NCBI RefSeq assembly: GCF_006345805.1 | Contig: NC_043014.1 | Span: forward strand, 5,766,001 to 5,830,000 | Length of the DNA: 64,000 nucleotides | Origin: Octopus sinensis | Taxonomy: Eukaryota | Direction: 5' to 3' | Shown: positions 50,805 to 63,099 of the stretch, piece by piece | Layout: each line of letters begins with the position of its first letter | Numbering within the stretch: the stretch's first letter is position 1 | Position numbers and translations under genes: made by a program | The notes under the pieces: model-generated | The model's input: only the letters and a program-made list of their open reading frames with translations | What the model was told of the DNA's origin: nothing | Database searches by the model: none

Positions 50805-52437
50805 TATCATGAGTTGAAGACGGGGAGGATGACTCCCCTTCACAAATACTGAGAGGACACAGATAGTGTGTCTATAGCCAGCTGGAGGAGATATCTTCCT
50901 GGGGCTACAAACTACAGTAGCATCCACCCTTAGGGGTTAGCCATATTCAAATGGCAAATACGCGTCACGATGTGTTACCGCTACTACTTATAACTCGCTC
51001 TGAGATTTATCATTGTTATATATATATACATGTATATATATAGTTAAAATTATCCAAACAAGAAAGCACAAAAAAACAACAACGCGATTACGTGGAACAA
51101 ATATAGTATTATTGGACGCTCAGGAAAGAAGGAGGGTTTAACGTTTCGGGTGGAGCTCTTCGTTAGAAACATACGAGATGGAAAGATCCAGAGGAGGAAA
51201 GACAGAGGAAAAGAAATCGCCAACGGTACACACGCGGTCAGATTTTGAATGATCGAAGGGAAATGGGTGAAGAAAAGTTCTTTCAAAGAGAGGAGAGTGG
51301 TAGAGGAGGAGGAATGTGTGTGTAAGAGTGGATAAGAGCGTGAGCGGAGGTCTGCGTATGAGTGTGTGTGTATGTGTGTATGTGTGCAATGATGACACGT
51401 GTGTGCATGTGTGTGTGTATGTGTGTGCTGTTGTGGCTGTTAATCTGCGTGTTGTAAGGCTAGTAGTGTTAAGGTCAAGGAAAAAGGAATTGGGCGTGGC
51501 TACTTCCGTCTCTACCACAAATCAAGTAGTAGGTACTGCTAGTTTGAAGTATGTGTGTGTGTGCGTGTTTGTATATGTATCGTGTGTGTGTTTTGTTTGT
51601 AGTGTGTGTGTGTCGGTATGTATGTTTGTGTTCGTGTATATAGGCGTAGAGTTAGGGTGTGTGGCGAATAACTGTGCTTTACTGAGTGTATGTGTGCGTG
51701 TGTGTGTATGTGTGTATGTGTGCAATATTGACACGTGTGTGTGTGTGTTTTGTGTGTAGTGTGTTTGTGTGTGTATGTGTGTGTATGCGTAGAGTTTGGG
51801 TGTGTGGCGAATAACTGTGCGTATGTGTGTATACATGTTTGTATAATTGTGTGCGTGTATGTATAATTGTGTGCCGTATGTATGGGACGTATGTGTGGGT
51901 TCATTTGTACGTGTGTGTATGCATGTGCGTGTCGTATGTGCGTGTAGTTGTGTGTGCGTGTACGTGTGAGTTTGTATGTGTGTGTGTAAGCGTATATGGG
52001 TGCATATACGTGTATCCGTGGGGTTGTGAGTTTTCGGCGTGTGCATTCGTGTGCGCGTGTGCGTGCGTACGTGTGCGCATGTTTTTGCGTGCGTGTCTGT
52101 GTGTCTGTGTCTATATGTGTATACGCATGTGTATGTTTGTGTGCGCGTGTAGGCATATATTGTATGTATGTATATGTATCGGTGTGTATGTGAATTTGTA
52201 CATGCGTGTGTGTGGGTGGGTTTTGGAGTAGTTTGGGCGTAATGTGCGTGCGTGTGCTTGTGTGCGTGTGTGCGCTAAAGTACGTGTATGTGCGTGTGTA
52301 TCTGTGCCCATGTGTGTATAAGTGTGTGCGTATCTGTATTGTTCATTAAAGTTATATGTGGACATCTGTGCAGGTGTGTGTGTATGTACGTGTGTATATG
52401 TGTGTGCGTGTATTGTGTGCGTATGATACATATATCT

Positions 52438-52713
52438 CCGTGATCACCGTCACTGAACAGTTGTTGCTACATATCGCTAGTCACAATGCGCTTCGCATTG
52501 TTTTAACCTTCAAATGACGCCACCCCGCTGGTTAAGCGAGCAGGTCAAGAGAAGAAAGGGAGAAAGTTGTAGCGAAAGAGTACAGCAGAGATCAACACAA
52601 CCCACTCCCTGAGCCTCGTGGAGCTTTAAACACACACAACGCCCAGTCTGGGAATCGAAACCGCGATCCTACAACCGTGAGTCCGCTGCACTAACCACTG
52701 GGCCACTGCGCCT

Positions 52714-52716
<3 letters not shown>
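52438..52716 (-). mobile_element. tRNA-derived SINE family 1, full length
   Basis: Head GGAGGCGCAGTGGCCCAGTGGTTAGTGCAGCGG...GGTTTCGATTCCCAG (A and B boxes); body shared with 9664-9942. Confidence 0.85.
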
Positions 52717-52756
<40 letters not shown>

Positions 52757-53513
52757 AATACATATCAATATATACGTATGCACGGATACATAGGCATACA
52801 CACCATAAATATCACAAATATACGTATCTACTTATACGCATACACACACACAAACGCACACATATATGTGAGCGGACATACACTGTATAGTGTGATTGTT
52901 CGTGTACAATTGAGCACGTGTGTCTGTGTGCGTGCGTATGTGTGTGTGTTTGTGTTTATTTGTGCGGGTGTTTGTCCGTGTGTCTGTGTGTATGTATTTA
53001 CATTCGTTCTTACATATTGTCATATATAAAAACCAACGTGAATTACAGTCAAACATTACGAAATTCACCGATCTACATTGGCACTCGCACGTTTTATTTT
53101 CAGTTGGAAAGAAAAGATTAAAAAAAACTCGCCTCACTTCCGTTCCTGATGGAGAGAAATAGATAAATGTGTGTAAATATGTACGTATTCCTATGTGTGC
53201 GTGTGTGTGTGTTTGTATGCGTCTGTTTCTGTGCGTGTGTGTAAGTGTACATCTAGATATAATACTTAACACTAATATTAATAGGGCTAAACGTTGCAGC
53301 GACAGGGCATGGCCATGCTAGAACCCCACCATTAGATTTTTTTCATTACGCACTTATTTCCCTCTCCAGGATTATGTCTGGTGAAAGAGCGATCGGACAG
53401 GAGTACAATTCCACTCTTCTTTGTGTTTCCTTGGGATGTGTGTATATGTATATATACATACATATATATATATATACATATACATACATATATATATATA
53501 TATTTATATGTAT

Positions 53514-53563
<50 letters not shown>

Positions 53564-53639
53564 GGATAGATAGATTGATAGTTAGATATGTATGTATATA
53601 CATACGTAACTATATATGTGTGTTTGTATATATGATATG

Positions 53640-53691
<52 letters not shown>

Positions 53692-53796
53692 TGTGTGTGT
53701 GTGTGTGTGGAGGTACAATGGCCCAGTGGTCGTAGGATCGCGCTTTCGATTCCCAGACCGAGGGGTGATATATGTATATATATATATATATATGTA

Positions 53797-53990
53797 TATA
53801 TAATTATAACAAGGGTTTTTGGCAATAAGTTGTTTAAGCCACATACCGAAAATGTTAGAAATAGCAGTCAAAGGCCTACCATTTCTATTACAACAATGGT
53901 AGAAATGGTAGACCTTTGACTGCTATTTCTAATATTTTCGGTATGTGGTTTAAGCAACTTGTTGCAAAAAACCCTCATTATAATTATATA
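53797..53990. repeat. Imperfect palindrome (about 91-bp arms, 12-nt spacer) in a (TA) tract, probably a pseudo-LTR fragment
   Basis: AAGCCACATACCGAAAATGTTAGAAATAGCAGTCAAAGG...CCATTTCTA mirrored at 53900-53990; only one arm is present in relic E (9958-10060). Confidence 0.8.
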
Positions 53991-54291
53991 AATTTTTACC
54001 GTATATGGTCCCTTTCCATACCGAAATACTACTAGGTGAAATTTATTGATTTTATTAAATTTATTATACTTCACACATTATCTGTATATATGTATATATA
54101 TATATTACAGTGTCTGTGTGGTAAGACACTTGCTTATTAACCACAAGGTATTCTGTTCAGTCCCAATGCGTAGAAAATTGGACGAATGCCTACCACTCTA
54201 ACCTCGAGCTGACCAGAGCCATCTAAGTAGATTTGGTAGATTGAGACTGAAATAAGGGTGCTAAACACACACACACAAACACACACAAACA

Positions 54292-54332
<41 letters not shown>

Positions 54333-54611
54333 GTATGTATGTAGGTATGTATCTATGTATTATGTATGTGTCTGTGATTGTCGCATCACTATCGCTTCTC
54401 AAGTGATGTCGGTGTGTTTACATCCCCGTTACATAGCGGTTCGGCTAGAGATACTGATAGAATGAGCACTAGGCTTAAAAAGAATAATTCCTGAAGTCGA
54501 TTTCTCCTACTAAACGCAGTGCTCTAGTATGGCCGCAGTCAAATGACTGAAACTAGTAAAAGGTTATTTTTATACATAAACATACACACACATACACACA
54601 TACACACACAC

Positions 54612-54642
<31 letters not shown>

Positions 54643-55049
54643 TAGACAGAGAGATACAGAGATAGATACACACATATATATGTTTGTATATATATCTATA
54701 TGTACACGCACTAATATATTCATATATACGTATATTTATATATACATATATATGTATAATATATATACAAATATATGTATGTGTATATATATGTATATAC
54801 ACATATATATGTTTAGGTGTGTGCGCCTGTGTGTGTTTGTGTGATTACGTGTGTGATGGATCGTATTGTGTGTGTGTGCTCCATAGGAACATATGTACAT
54901 GGTTAATGCATACATCCGTCCATCCATCCATACATCCATATATTAATACATACATACGTTGATGCATACATGCATACACTCATGCACGTATAAGTACCTA
55001 TATAAATACATAAAGACATACATATATTAACAAAAAATCCATGACTTAC

Positions 55050-55193
55050 CGTTTTCGATTTCTCTTCCATTTTTCCTATTCTTGAATCTTGATGAAGAAT
55101 CACGATCGTCAGAACGAGAAGAACCCCAAAAGCTATGAGAGAAGAAATGGAATAACGCTGCGAAATATTCCTGGACAGTTGTGCGAAATCCAT
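55050..55193 (-). CDS. Gene copy C exon 1; C is a complete 4-exon gene (144+52+75+500 nt = 256 aa), predicted type II membrane C4-like protein
   Basis: ATG at 55193, donor GTAAGT; all four exons join in frame with canonical GT-AG sites and no internal stop. Confidence 0.88.
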
Positions 55194-55869
55194 TCTGGTG
55201 ACAGTTGTCGGCCGTTTCGTGTGGCTTCAACAAAAGATCGAGATGCGAGGTTGAAGCTGAAAACCTGTAACTGAATTCCACGTATTTATTGAGCGCACAA
55301 CAACCCAGCTCTGGCATAGATCTTATCGTAAATTTAAGAACCAATGCGATTGGTGGAACTGTAAAAGCGGGTGTGAACTTCTCTGACAGGTTTAATTATT
55401 GGAAAAAGATGGTTTGATATTGTCACACAATAATTAGCAAAATATTTTGATGAATGAGAGACGCGTGTAAAGTGAAATGATTCCTGTTTCTGGATATATT
55501 ATGATATATTTATTTACTAATTTTGTTATTTTAATTTTATTTGTTATTCTTGTGAAACTGTTTTAATATTCAGTGTGGGAAGTATTTCGTTCAACCAACA
55601 AATACACAGACACAAAGACACACACACACTTATACACACACACACACACACACGCACACTGACATACACACATAAACTCATACACACACTGACACACACA
55701 CACACACTCTTTTAATATTCAGTGTGGGAAGTATTTCGTTCAACCCACACAGTAATCGCAAGACTTAATCTAATGAAGTCCGCTGTTCGGATTGGATTCT
55801 TCACAACAAGCGTTAATCTGATTAGAAAAGTTTTATGTGAATATCAAAATCAAAACCTACCAATTCCCA

Positions 55870-57550
55870 CCCACCCATACATATATACACACACACATAC
55901 ATACATACATACATACATACATACACAAATACATACACACATACATACATACATATATATACATACATACACACTTACATACACACATATATACATACAT
56001 GCATACATACACACACACACATACATACATAAATGCATACATACATGCACACATACATACATACATGCATACATACATACATACATACCCCCATACATAT
56101 CTACATACACACACACACACATATATGCATACATACACACATACATACACACATACATACATACATATATACATACACACATACATACATACATACATAC
56201 TTTCATATATACATAGATGCATGCATATATGTATGCATGCATGTACGTATGAATGTAAGCATGTATATATCGATAGACACATATACACATACATCCATAC
56301 ATACATACATACATACATACATACATACATACATACATACATACATACATACTTGGTGGCTGCCCCCTCGTTATCGAGTAGGGCCATTGCACGAAGCTTA
56401 ATCAATGTTGTTATCGTGCTATGCCTGTGCATGAAGATTTTTCTTAAAGCGAGGAAAGGCTGTGCACTGAGTCAATCCCAGTCACTAAGCAACACCAGCC
56501 ATAATCCGAAAAGAAGAACAAGTCAACATCATCGGTAACCACTGAGCCGCAGGTTTTATATCGGAGTCATCCCAGTTACCTGAGTTACCTTCTCCTAGAA
56601 GGATGCCCTAACAAAGTCTAGGAGTCCTTCACTCCCAATGGTTTAACCGCGCGATCGGGTATTCAGTCCGATTATTTCTATGTCCCCGCGCATGATACAG
56701 CCTTAAGACATATATTGGATGGCCGTTGACTCTGAAGAGTTCCTCCGTCCTTTGACGGCTTTTTTTTCATCCCCCAGGGTGTCCAATAAACTCCCTCCTC
56801 ACCAAGCAAGCTTGGTGGGGTTGCCGGTTTAGTCGCCGACGACCCGACAATGCAACAGGTTGTACTGGGTTACATGTTACCAGTAGCCCTCGAAAGTGAC
56901 CTGACATACATACATACATGCATACATACATATATACATACATACATACATACATGCATACATATATACATACATACATACATGCATACATACATACATA
57001 CATGCATAAATGCATACGTACATACATACATACATACATGCATACGTACATACATGCATACATACATAGATACATACATACATACATACATGCATGCATA
57101 CATACATACATACATACATACATACATACATACATACATGCATGCATGCATACATACATACATACATACATACATACATACATACATACATACATACATA
57201 CATACATGCATACAAAAATATCCTGTTCATGTTGTTGAAATTCCAATGAAAGATACTTGGAACTAAGTTAGAAGCCGTCTCTCTTTCTGTTGGCCAGAAA
57301 TATTCTATTAAAACCGAATAATGACATTCATACATATTTTTAGCTAGTCATTATCACTAGCTTTGAATACTTTTCTTCTTGTTTTATAAATCATAGCAAA
57401 ACATACAGGTACAGTGTCTCCCATCTGAAACTCAATTCGCAAGTGCACCTTCCGTATGGACTGCATATGTACGACGGAATTCCATAGTTATGATTAAATT
57501 TTGTTAGATGAAGCATATTAAACCCCTCAGATATAGTTTGACCTAATCTA

Positions 57551-57612
<62 letters not shown>

Positions 57613-57773
57613 TGCGTGTGTGTATGTGTGTGTGTGTATGTGTGTGTGTTGTGTGTGTGTGCGTGCGTGTGTGTGTGTGTATGTGTGTGTGTTGTGTGTG
57701 TGTGTGTGCGTGCGTGTGTGTGTGTATGTGTGTGTTGTGTGTGTGTGTGTGTGCATGTGTGTGTGTGTGTGTG

Positions 57774-57805
<32 letters not shown>
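55870..57805. repeat. (TACA)n tracts 55870-56350 and 56905-57210; (TG)n tract 57555-57805
   Basis: Direct inspection. Confidence 0.95.
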
Positions 57806-57806
<1 letters not shown>

Positions 57807-59293
57807 CACTCTCGGTTTGGCCCTCGAAATAAGGTGAATTTGAAATAAGCTACAAAATAAATCTTACAGCCATGTCAGATTTCAACAAAGTCCCATAATT
57901 CTTCCTATTGTAATGGCGGGTTGCATATGCAGCTGCGCATGCTCTGTACAGCTTAAACACTTGGCGGTCGTTTTAACTGTCTAATTATGCCGCTGAATCA
58001 AAAGATGAATTTGAAGATCTACCAGCGTCCGTATTCTCTGCAATTGTTTACGATTTACAACCAGGAAAATATTTGTAATCTAGAGAAGCGAATGCAGATT
58101 TACCCATCAGGCTAATAATAGTGGGATAGTAAACATTAATAATCTTTAATCTTTATTGCAGCTTGATGCTGTTAACCGAAACCTTCGTTTATCTAACAAA
58201 TATTCGACACACTCCAACATACTGTCATGAATCCTATTGGATATAACGTGACGGTCACAACATCTCAGCCTTCTTACACACAGCATCCGTGCTTGCCCTG
58301 ACTATATTTTCTCTATTTACTCTCACTTTTATGGGTGTTGTATTCGTTTCGCATGAAATGTCTTCAGCTTCTAGGATCCATCTTTTCTTCGAGTCTGGTA
58401 TGTTTACGTAGATGAGTGAAAGAAATCGTCGTATTTGATGATCTCTGCTGTCGAAATTTTTCTGGTTGATTTCCTTTCTTATTATTGTATATCAGCGTTT
58501 AGTGTATGACGTGTATGTTGCGTGCATCGAGTTTCATTTTGTATCTTATTTTGAAGAGAGGTGGGAATTTTGTGATATAGATTTAGGTTGGCAGGACCAA
58601 TACTCATTTATACAGTCTTTTGAAGGATTGATCGTGTAAATTCCACACTCTCAGAAAGCTTAAATTGAACATTTTGTGATATTTCTAAAGTAGACGATAA
58701 ATAAGTTTTATAAGATATGGGTTAGGAATGGAACGGAAAGCTTTCCTGATTAATAACGGCAAATAGAATGGATTGTGTGGAAGTATCTGGTTGTTGTTGA
58801 AAGAATCAGTTAAGTTCCGTGCGAAGTAATGTAGCGGTTCATGGGTCCTTGTCAGAAACCGAGTTGTAATTTGAAAACCAAGATGCCTGAAATAGTAGCG
58901 TCGAGTATTAGATTTTCTAAGGCTGGGCATGAAAAGCTGATATAATTCTATGGTGGTACTTTATTTGGGGTTTGTTGAATCATGAGACAGAAGACAAAAT
59001 ACTGTTAAACAAAATAACATTTTATTTCAACGATAAGTTTGATAAACTGAAATCTTACAAAATGTTTTCTAGAATCATTTCGACAGATTTAGATTTTTCT
59101 TCTTTTTGAGGAGATTTCTGGCATTCTACGTCGCCTCTTTTGTATTGTTTGAATATCGTCTGTAAACTAGTACAACAGTTTATTGTAACGATAGATATAC
59201 TTTAAAGAAAATATTAGGTAACAAAATTGAAAATTTTGTTATTTATTGAAATTCACAGAGATATTTTCATATGGAACCGAATTTAATTTCTAT

Positions 59294-59790
59294 TTAATAT
59301 TTACTGCACACAACGCAGGTTAATTCTTGGCCATTGACATACGGTGGACATGGCAATGAACCACAATCAGCCTCAACGAAATATAATAGAGCTCCATTTT
59401 CGTTTCTGTAACCCGCTGGATCAGCTTCAGGTGCATAGTCCACACACACATATTCATGTCTGCCCTTATGACTATGATTCTCGGTCATCAAATATCCTGA
59501 ATATTCAGCTGCCCAACCAGCGTAACACTGTGGCCTGGCTGGTAACATCATAACAACAGCAGGTTGTCCTGTCAAACAGACAGCACACGGAACGTTGTGA
59601 TCATGAAGTGATTTAGCGTTAGCAAAAGAAAAGAGTTTATTTGAGTAGAATTCCAGTTGATATTCACTGCCATAAATGTAACCACCTTTTTCTACTTGTG
59701 TCGTATAATTGGCCCAAATGAGATCGTTAGGTAAACACAAGAGATTACTTCCGCCACCTGTGTGGTCAAAGAAATGTCCACCAGCCACAC
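59294..59790 (-). CDS. Gene copy D exon 4 (C4-like domain), open frame, one codon shorter than B and C
   Basis: Acceptor TTCTAG at 59791; VAGGHFFDHTGGGSNLLCLP...CVVCSKY-TAA. Confidence 0.88.
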
Positions 59791-60009
59791 CTAGAATTGG
59801 TAAGAATAAATCAAGTAAAAAAGATATTAAGCAAAATTATATATGAAATAACGGAAACATTCATTACAGTTTGACCCTTAAAAGTAGTCATGTCTAGTCG
59901 CGTGTGAACGAATTGTAGTGTATATGTTAGCGTTTATATTAGTGTAAGCAGTTTGTTGCTGTATGCATGAGAACGTAGCAGTGCATTTGCATTCTCTTCA
60001 TATATATAT

Positions 60010-60056
<47 letters not shown>

Positions 60057-60092
60057 ATATATATACATATATATATAATATATATATATATA

Positions 60093-60130
<38 letters not shown>

Positions 60131-60158
60131 AGTAAGCAACAAGGATTTCCAGAGATAA

Positions 60159-60245
60159 TGCAGTACGATTGTTTCATGCAACTCCATTTAAATGAACAAT
60201 ACAATCATTACATCAATTTAAAATATAGAGCAACCTTCAGCTGCA
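60159..60245 (-). ncRNA. Hammerhead motif with variant core (CTGAAGG)
   Basis: tgcag-CTGAAGG...GAAA-caatcg-TA-ctgca (reverse complement). Confidence 0.5.
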
Positions 60246-60901
60246 CAAATACATAGGATTTAATTAAATTAAAACAGATTGACACGTTGGTATAATTATA
60301 CCTAAAATCTCCAAGAAGTTAAGGAGATACACAAAGAAGAGTTTATCTCTACTTCAGCATAGAAATTAATAAAATTATCAAGAAATTTATGAATACTTAT
60401 GAATACAAAAAGTATTCAACATTTCTATCCTTTTGTTATAATATTCTTCTTAATAATTCTTTAGAAAACCCTAAACTTCAACTGTATTCATAGCAACATT
60501 GTTTAAAATATTTAACTATAATATATGATAAGACCTTCCGTTTCATTGTTAATAGTCTGCCAGTGTGCGACCCCTTAATTATCAGTTAACACCTCATGGT
60601 ATTGCTTATAATAATTCTTGATTTTTTTATGACTATACCAACTAGAATGTCTCTCTACCCCCTCAGCCCTTCCCCTATGTTCTCTCAGGCTTAGATATAC
60701 AAGAGATGTGTAAACTAGTCTATAAATTAAAACTGACATCATAAATACAAAAAATCAGTGGCAACCTGAGTCTTCTTGATAATTTTAGTAACTGCTATGC
60801 TGAAGTAGAGACAACATGTTCTATGTAATTTCTTAGAGATTTTAAGTATAATTATACAAATGTGTCCATCTGTTCTAATTGAATTAAATCCTACGTCTTT
60901 T

Positions 60902-60988
60902 TGCAGCTGAAGATTGCTCTAAATTTTAAGCTGATGTAATGATTGCATTGTTGAATTAAATGGAGGTGCATGAAACGAACGTACTGCA
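60902..60988 (+). ncRNA. Type I hammerhead ribozyme with a long loop 2
   Basis: tgcag-CTGAAGA(60907)-t tgc...gca t-GAAA(60972)-cgaacg-TA-ctgca: canonical core, 5-bp stem I. Confidence 0.7.
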
Positions 60989-61133
60989 TTATCTCTGGAT
61001 ATCATCGTTGCTTATTATAATTTTAATCACCTAAATTTGAAATTGTATGGATAACGCCGTTCTAAATTCTGGAGCCTCAACTTAAGTACCATATTCATCT
61101 GAATCTATATATATTATATATATATATATATTA

Positions 61134-61167
<34 letters not shown>

Positions 61168-61171
61168 TATA

Positions 61172-61230
<59 letters not shown>

Positions 61231-62415
61231 GGTATATGTATATATATGATGTATGTATATACGAGTAAGTATTTGTGGTTATGACGTGGATTATTATGTA
61301 AGTTTGCATGGGGAAGTGTTTTTGCGAGGATGTTAATAGAAGGAGAAAAAGAAAGGAATTCTGTAACGCATGTACTCGTGTTTACCCGAAATGGAAAAGG
61401 TGTTCACGAGTGAACGGGGATATTTTTGGTGATGGAGTCGGCGACCGATAAAATATACGTGTAAGGTTTATAAAGAACAGATTCAGAGCATTTTTAAGGA
61501 ATGTGAGGTGGAATGGGGAAGCGGTTTGTAGCAGCAGTTTTGAATTGGAAGTTTCAGAATTACCTTACAAAGATATACTGGATAATTAATGAGGTGATGT
61601 GGTGCATGAAAAGTGCAAGGTTGTAGCGATAGGACGATTTCGGTGAGTCGGAGAAGAATAGAAGTGCATTCTGTACTCTGTTGTGTTCTCTCACTAATAT
61701 ATAGTCTCTCTCTATTTTACTTAATGAATAAAGTCCTTAGCTTTTTTCCATCAGTTACAGTATGTGGCTTGTCCGGTCCTCATTCTACATTGTGCGTTCA
61801 TTTCATTAATCGTTTACAGTCACTGTCATCAATTCTAATAGACTCTATTCAATTTAGCCCACACCGACGATCATTGGGCACTCTAGTTAATGAGAGTCAA
61901 GTGGCCACTTTTCAGCTCTGGTCACTCACGTACAATACCACCATCCGTAGCCAGTACAATTGATCACCAGTTAGCAGCCTCGGTATTTGATATCTACAAT
62001 CCAAAGCTGGTCAGCCTGAAATTCTTGCTCGCCATGGTGGTTTTCAGTCCAGCCCTTGTCTGTAATTTAACTTAGAGATATCTATATTCTGTGGTTAGAC
62101 AACATCCTTTTGACTTGGTCCGTAGTAGACAACATATAAAATTCTGATTTGACCAAATACCTACAAAGGAGTAAGCAGTCTTGTGTAGTGTCTGTATAGT
62201 TTACAGGTATATACGTTTGAAACGTGACATATCATAAGAGGATTTGAGAATGTTTATGTCAGACAACCCGACAAAGGGTGAGTGTGTGTGCGTGTGCGTG
62301 GGAGAGAGGGTGAGAGAGAAAGAGAGGCAACAAAAAGAGGAAATGAGAGGTATAAAAAGAGAATAAGAGAAAGACAAAAAGAGAATGAGAGATCAGAAAT
62401 ATAAAGCATACTAAC

Positions 62416-62489
62416 CGTCATATACAAGTTTGAATAAGGAGGACAAGTTGTTCTGCCCCACCGGGTATACAATGATCCGAGACCGGGTT
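62416..62489 (-). pseudogene. Gene copy D exon 3, 74 nt (1-nt deletion relative to B and C, causing a frameshift)
   Basis: CACAG acceptor and GTTAGT donor; PGLGSLYTRWGRTTCPPYS then TCAAACTTG versus TCAAAACTTG in B. Confidence 0.75.
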
Positions 62490-63099
62490 CTGTGATATTA
62501 AAATGAAATAAAGTAGTTTAAAAGAAAGAATTGGGGAATCATTTACAAAGTAGGATGTTGGATGGGAAGGAATTGATGGAGAAGAGAGAAATATAGAATT
62601 TAAGAAAGAACGAGTGAATGAATGAAAGTCAGAACGAAAGATGTAAATAATAAGAATAAATTGTAAAGAAAGAAAAAAGACATTTGTCTGTTGAGCCTGT
62701 TGGTGACGTTGATGTCAAAGATTTGAGAGATTAATCTCAGAATATCAGAATGTGTATCGGTCTCCGCTAGGAACGGATGTATGTATGATACGTAAACTTG
62801 GGTATGAGTATATATACTTCTCAATAGAATAATGATAAAACTCAATAGAATAATGATAAAATATTCGCCAGGTGCGAATATTCATCGGTCAATTACAAAT
62901 ATCAGTTTGGAGCTCGGCGCAAATAAGGCCATCATAACTACAATATAAAAATAACAACCATACCGCATCATTTGTCGATTTAGTTAAAAGACATCGCATC
63001 CGGATCTCGAGTAGAGGAGTCCGTTCGATAAATGTATAGCACAACACACCCAACACCGGTGCAACCAGCAAATTAATCTGGGGTGCGTGGGGTTGGAAC

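Larger units (their letters stand above)
50316..51017. mobile_element. Palindromic Penelope-type pseudo-LTR insertion in intron 1 of C (arms 50316-50589 / 50628-50901; extra inverted piece 50941-51017)
   Basis: Near-perfect reverse-complement arms of about 274 bp; absent at the orthologous site in B (19380-19450); each arm carries a hammerhead. Confidence 0.85.
60133..61015. mobile_element. Older inverted-repeat pseudo-LTR insertion in intron 3 of D (about 250-bp diverged arms 60133-60385 / 60772-61015)
   Basis: Reverse-complement similarity visible along the arms; lies within a (TA)n tract; a short remnant is at 14410-14470 in B. Confidence 0.75.
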
